Shown piece by piece: positions 59,335 through 64,000 of a DNA stretch of 64,000 nt (positions within the stretch are counted from its first letter, which is position 1; every line of letters starts with the position of its first letter). A program made the position numbers and the translations under genes. Under the pieces are notes generated by a model that had not been told where the DNA came from, made no database searches, and saw only the letters and a list, made by a program, of their open reading frames with translations. Location of the stretch: assembly GCA_964016885.1 (NCBI GenBank), contig OZ024754.1:32426001-32490000 (forward strand). Reading direction: 5' to 3'. Origin of the DNA: Eledone cirrhosa (Eukaryota).

Positions 59335-61750
59335 ACACATATATACGCACACATATGTACGCACATATATTTACACACATATATATACGCACATATATGT
59401 ACTCACATATATACACACACATGTATGTACACATATATTTACACACATATATTTACACACATATATATACACACATATATTTACACACATATATGTACAC
59501 ATATATATGTACACACATATATATACACACATATATATATACACACATATATGTACACATATATTTACACACATATATTTACACACATATATGTACACAT
59601 ATATTTACACACATATATTTACACACATATATATACACACATATATGTACACATATATATACACACATATATTTACACACATATATGTACACACATATAT
59701 TTACACACATATATTTACACACACACATATGTGCACATATTTACACACATATATGTACACATATATACACACACATATATATACACATAAATATTTACAC
59801 ACATATATGTACACACATATATAGAAACACACATATATATATACACAAATATATATACACACAAATATATACACATATATTTACACTCATATATGTACAC
59901 ATATATATGTACACACATATATTTATACACATATATATATATACACACATATATGTACACATATATATACACACATATATTTACACACATATATGTACAC
60001 ATATAGTTACACACATATATTTACACACATATGTACACACATATTTACACACATATATGTACACATATATATACACACATATATATATACACAGATATAT
60101 TTACACACATATATGTACACACATATATATACACACACATATATATACACATATATATATACACACATATATATACACACATATATTTACACACATATAT
60201 ATACACATATATATACACACACATATATATAGATGTACCAGAGTGAGTTTCAGAAATTACTCATATAAAACAATATGGTTGTTTCCAGATAGTTTTTCCT
60301 CTGTAATGGTGGATATATATATATATATATGTGTGTGTGAGTGTGTGTGTGTGTGTGTGTCTATGTGTATGTGTGTGTGTCTGTCTATGTGAGTGTGTGT
60401 ATGTGTGTGTGTATGTGTGTATGTGTGTGTGTCTGTCTATGTGAGTCTATACCTGCGAGCGTGTGTGTGTGTGTGTCTGTCTATGTGTATGTGTGTGTGT
60501 TTGTGTGTGTCGGTCTATGTGTATGAGTGTGTCTATGTGTGTGTGTGTCTGTTTATGTGAGTGTGTATCTGTGTGAGTGTGTGTATGTGTGTGTGTCTGT
60601 CTATGTGGGTGTGTGTATGTGTGTGTGTGTGTCTCTCTATGTGTATGTGTGTGTGTTTGTGTGTGTCTGTCTGTGTGTATGAGTGTGTCTATGTGTGTGT
60701 GTGTCTGTCTATGTATGTCTGTGTGTATGTGTGTGTCTGTGTGTGAGTGCCTGTAAGTGTGTGTCTATGTGTGTGTGTGTCTGTTTATGTGAGTGTGTAT
60801 CTGTGTGAGTGTGTGTATGTGTGTGTGTGTCTGTCTATGTGAGTGTGCATCTGTGTGTGAGTGTGTGTATGTGTGTGTCTGTCTATGTGTATGTGTGTGT
60901 GTATGTGTGTGTATGTGTGTGTGTGTCTGTCTATGTGAGTGTATACCTGCGTGTGTGTGTGTGTGTGTCTGTCTGTCTATGTGTATATGTGTGTGTTAGT
61001 GTGTGTGTATGTGTCTCTGTATGTATGTGTGCATATATGTGTCTGTGTAAATGTGTCTGTGTGTATATATATATGTGTGTGTTAATGTCTGTGTGTGTGT
61101 GTGTGTGAGTCTGTGCGTATGTGTCTCTATGTATATATGTGTGCATATATGCGTCTTTGTATATGTGTCTGTGTGTGTATATAAGTGTGTGTGAATGTGT
61201 GTATATGTGCATGTGTGAGTATATATATACACGAGTGTGTGTATGTGTATATATTTGCATGCGTCTGTATATATATATTTGTGTGTGTATATGTGCATGT
61301 GTCTCTATATATGTGTGTGTGTACGTGTGTATATATATCCATGTGTCTATATATATGTGTGTGTATGTGTGTATATATGTGTATGTGCCTATACATGTGT
61401 GTGTGTATGTATGTGTGTATATGGGCATGTGTTGCTATATGTGTGTGTGTGTGTTTGTACGTGTGTATATATCCATGTGTCTATATATATGTGTGTGTAT
61501 GTGTGTATATATGTGTATGTGCCTATACATGTGTGTGTCTGTGTGTCTGTGCGTATATGGGCATGTGTCTCTATATGTGTGTGTGAGTGTGTGTATATGT
61601 TCACGTCTCTATGTATATGTGTGTGTATGTGTGTATATGTGCATGTGTCTCTATATGTGTGTGTGAGTGTGTGTATATGTTCACGTCTCTATGTATATGT
61701 GTGTGTATGTGTGTATATGTGCATGTGTCTATATATGAGTGTGTGAGTGT
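59335..61750. repeat. Degenerate (CA/TA)n and (TG)n compound microsatellites
   Basis: Directly visible. Confidence 0.93.
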
Positions 61751-62032
61751 GTTTTAGCCTCGTCACTCGTCTATTAATCTCAGCTAATGTAGCCTTCCTT
61801 ATCTCCCCCCTCTCACTCACCTTCTCACTCCCCTCTCACTCCCCCTCTCACTCACCTTCTCACTCCCCCTCTCATCCCCTCTCACCCTCTCTTTCCCTCT
61901 CTCCTTATACACCACTTCATTAACAATCACTTATTCTTTTCTGCATATAGCTCCACCGATCTATATATACACACATGCATACATACACACATACATACAT
62001 GCATACGTACATACACACATACATACGTACAT

Positions 62033-62622
62033 GGTGGCTGCCAACTCGTTTTCGAGTAGGCCACCACTTTATATCCATGTAGGAGAACCCCTACCGATGC
62101 GCTGAACGAGTGTGACTTTTCAGTCCAGCCAGCGACTTGAAAACTCTAGTACAGACACTACACCTGTGACAATGATTGACACACAGTGCTGGGCCCATGG
62201 TACCATGTGACGACAAGTGCAGAGAGATCTCCAGATATAAAGCAATGCCTGTGCCGTGAAGCTTTTATAGTGAGCAAAGGCACTGCACAAAGCCAGTCCC
62301 ACTCTCTTAACCAAGATGATATTTATGTCAGGTCACCACTTGGTGCTACTGGTAACATGTATCCCAGTACAACCTGTCTCATGGTCGGGTCGTTGGCGAC
62401 TAAACTGGCAACCCCACCAAGGTTTCTTGGTGAGGAGGGTGACTTTGGACATCCTGCAGGACTAAAAACAAAACCTGTCAAAGGGCAAAGGAGCTCTTAA
62501 GAGTCAATGGCCATCCAAAATCACTGGGAGAGATGACCCCTTAGCCTTTGTCAAGGCAGAATTCTAGGAGAAGGAAAACTCTGATATAACACCTGCAACC
62601 CTGATGGTATCCAATGATGTTG
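62033..62622 (-). mobile_element. Bipartite non-autonomous RTE-derived retroelement (5' UTR plus last zinc finger plus 3' tail)
   Basis: Minus: TCAGAGTTTTCCTTCTCCTAG (RTE/AviRTE-like 5' UTR motif), HRCSVCTRVFKSLAGLKSHTRSAHR*, CTCGAAAACGAGTTGGCAGCCACC tail; flanked by ACATACGTACAT at 62021 and 62623. Confidence 0.75.
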
Positions 62623-63237
62623 ACATACGTACATACACACACACATACATGCATACGTACATACACACATACATACATGCATACGTACATACACACATAC
62701 ATACATAGGTACAAATACACATACATATATAAAAATATATACACAAATATACATACATACACAAACACATAAATACAAACATACATACGTCCATAACTAC
62801 ATATATATATACTTTCAAACACACATACATACAAACATATATATACATACATACATACTTACATACAAATATACATAGATACATACATACAAATACACAT
62901 ACATACCTATATACAAATATACATACATAGGTACAAATACATACATATATAAAAATATACATACATACATACATAGGTACAAATACACATACATACATAT
63001 ATAAAAATATATACACAAATATACATACATACACAAACACATACATACAGAAATATATACATACACAAACACATACATCCATACATATATACATAATCCA
63101 AACCAAAAGATATATGTATATATATATATAGGGGGGGGGGGAGCCATATAACGTTTACACCTTAAAATATGTACTTTATCCTAAATATTATATGCTTCGC
63201 ATATATATGTAAAAATACTGTTTCTCAAACAATATAT

Positions 63238-63308
<71 letters not shown>

Positions 63309-63330
63309 TCTCTCTCTCTCTCTTCTCTCT

Positions 63331-63419
<89 letters not shown>

Positions 63420-63420
<1 letters not shown>

Positions 63421-64000
63421 AAATGTTAAACAAGGTTCATTAATTAATCAATGAATATAGTTTTACAATAGATTAGAAGCACTCAACCAAAAAGTTTTCT
63501 GGAGTTATTAATATTAATTCAAAATATTAATAAATGTAGACATACACGTAATCAAAATATATTTTTTATTATATATATTTCGGAGGTACTGTGCTGTTTT
63601 TCCAATCATAAACATTCTTTTTCTAATCCGGATAAAAAAATTTTCTACTTCATTATCACAATTAATATGGTCTTTAAAAGAGAAACATATAAAATACTCA
63701 ATCTCTTGGATTAAACTTCGTAACTGCAAAGCATATCGGAACAATTCCATCTCACCTGACTGCAATCTTTGCAATCTAGAGACTCTTTTAATAGTTGCTA
63801 ATTATGGTAATCTAATTAATAAAAAAATTGAGTTATTTTCAAATTGCCCCCATAAATCTGCAAGAACATTTCAAGCATCATATAAATTAAGAAAAAACAT
63901 TGACTGAGTGAGAAAAGATATTGGCTCTTATTAATACTGTTTCTCAAACAGAGCTCAAGCCGTTTCGACGGCTATTTCTGGACTCCAGAAATAGGCGTCG
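63420..64000 (-). mobile_element. PLE-like relic with a hammerhead cut by the window edge
   Basis: Minus from 64000: long hairpin GACGcCTATTTCTGGA..CCAGAAATAGcCGTC, GAAA CGG cttgagct CTG TT TGAG; related fragment at about 55105-55145; ACTC..GAGTGCT motif at 63478-63506. Confidence 0.55.

Noticed and set aside
63514-63774. Host protein-coding exon
   Set aside because: Lies within a PLE-like relic and has no recognisable motif; at most an element ORF fragment.

Overview
Eukaryotic, AT-rich, extremely microsatellite-dense non-coding DNA. The SINE, LINE and (TA)n/(CA)n/(CCA)n make-up resembles an octopod cephalopod genome (inference from repeat content only). I see no intact protein-coding gene, rRNA, tRNA or CRISPR array; nearly all listed ORFs are microsatellite artefacts. 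The unique-looking DNA is almost all decayed mobile elements: Penelope-like retroelements (PLEs, GIY-YIG remnants), Tx1-like, RTE-like, R4/Dong-like and Vingi-like LINE ends, two tRNA-derived SINE families, and pogo, piggyBac, hAT and Tc1/mariner relics. The main signal lies in the short islands between (TA)n tracts. They carry hand-foldable type I hammerhead ribozymes from at least 8 sequence families, many with variant cores. Many share a downstream ACTC-N10-21-GAGT hairpin, and several occur as fold-back palindromes centred on or next to the ribozyme core. All RNA folds were done by eye and all family assignments are from motif recall, not database searches.
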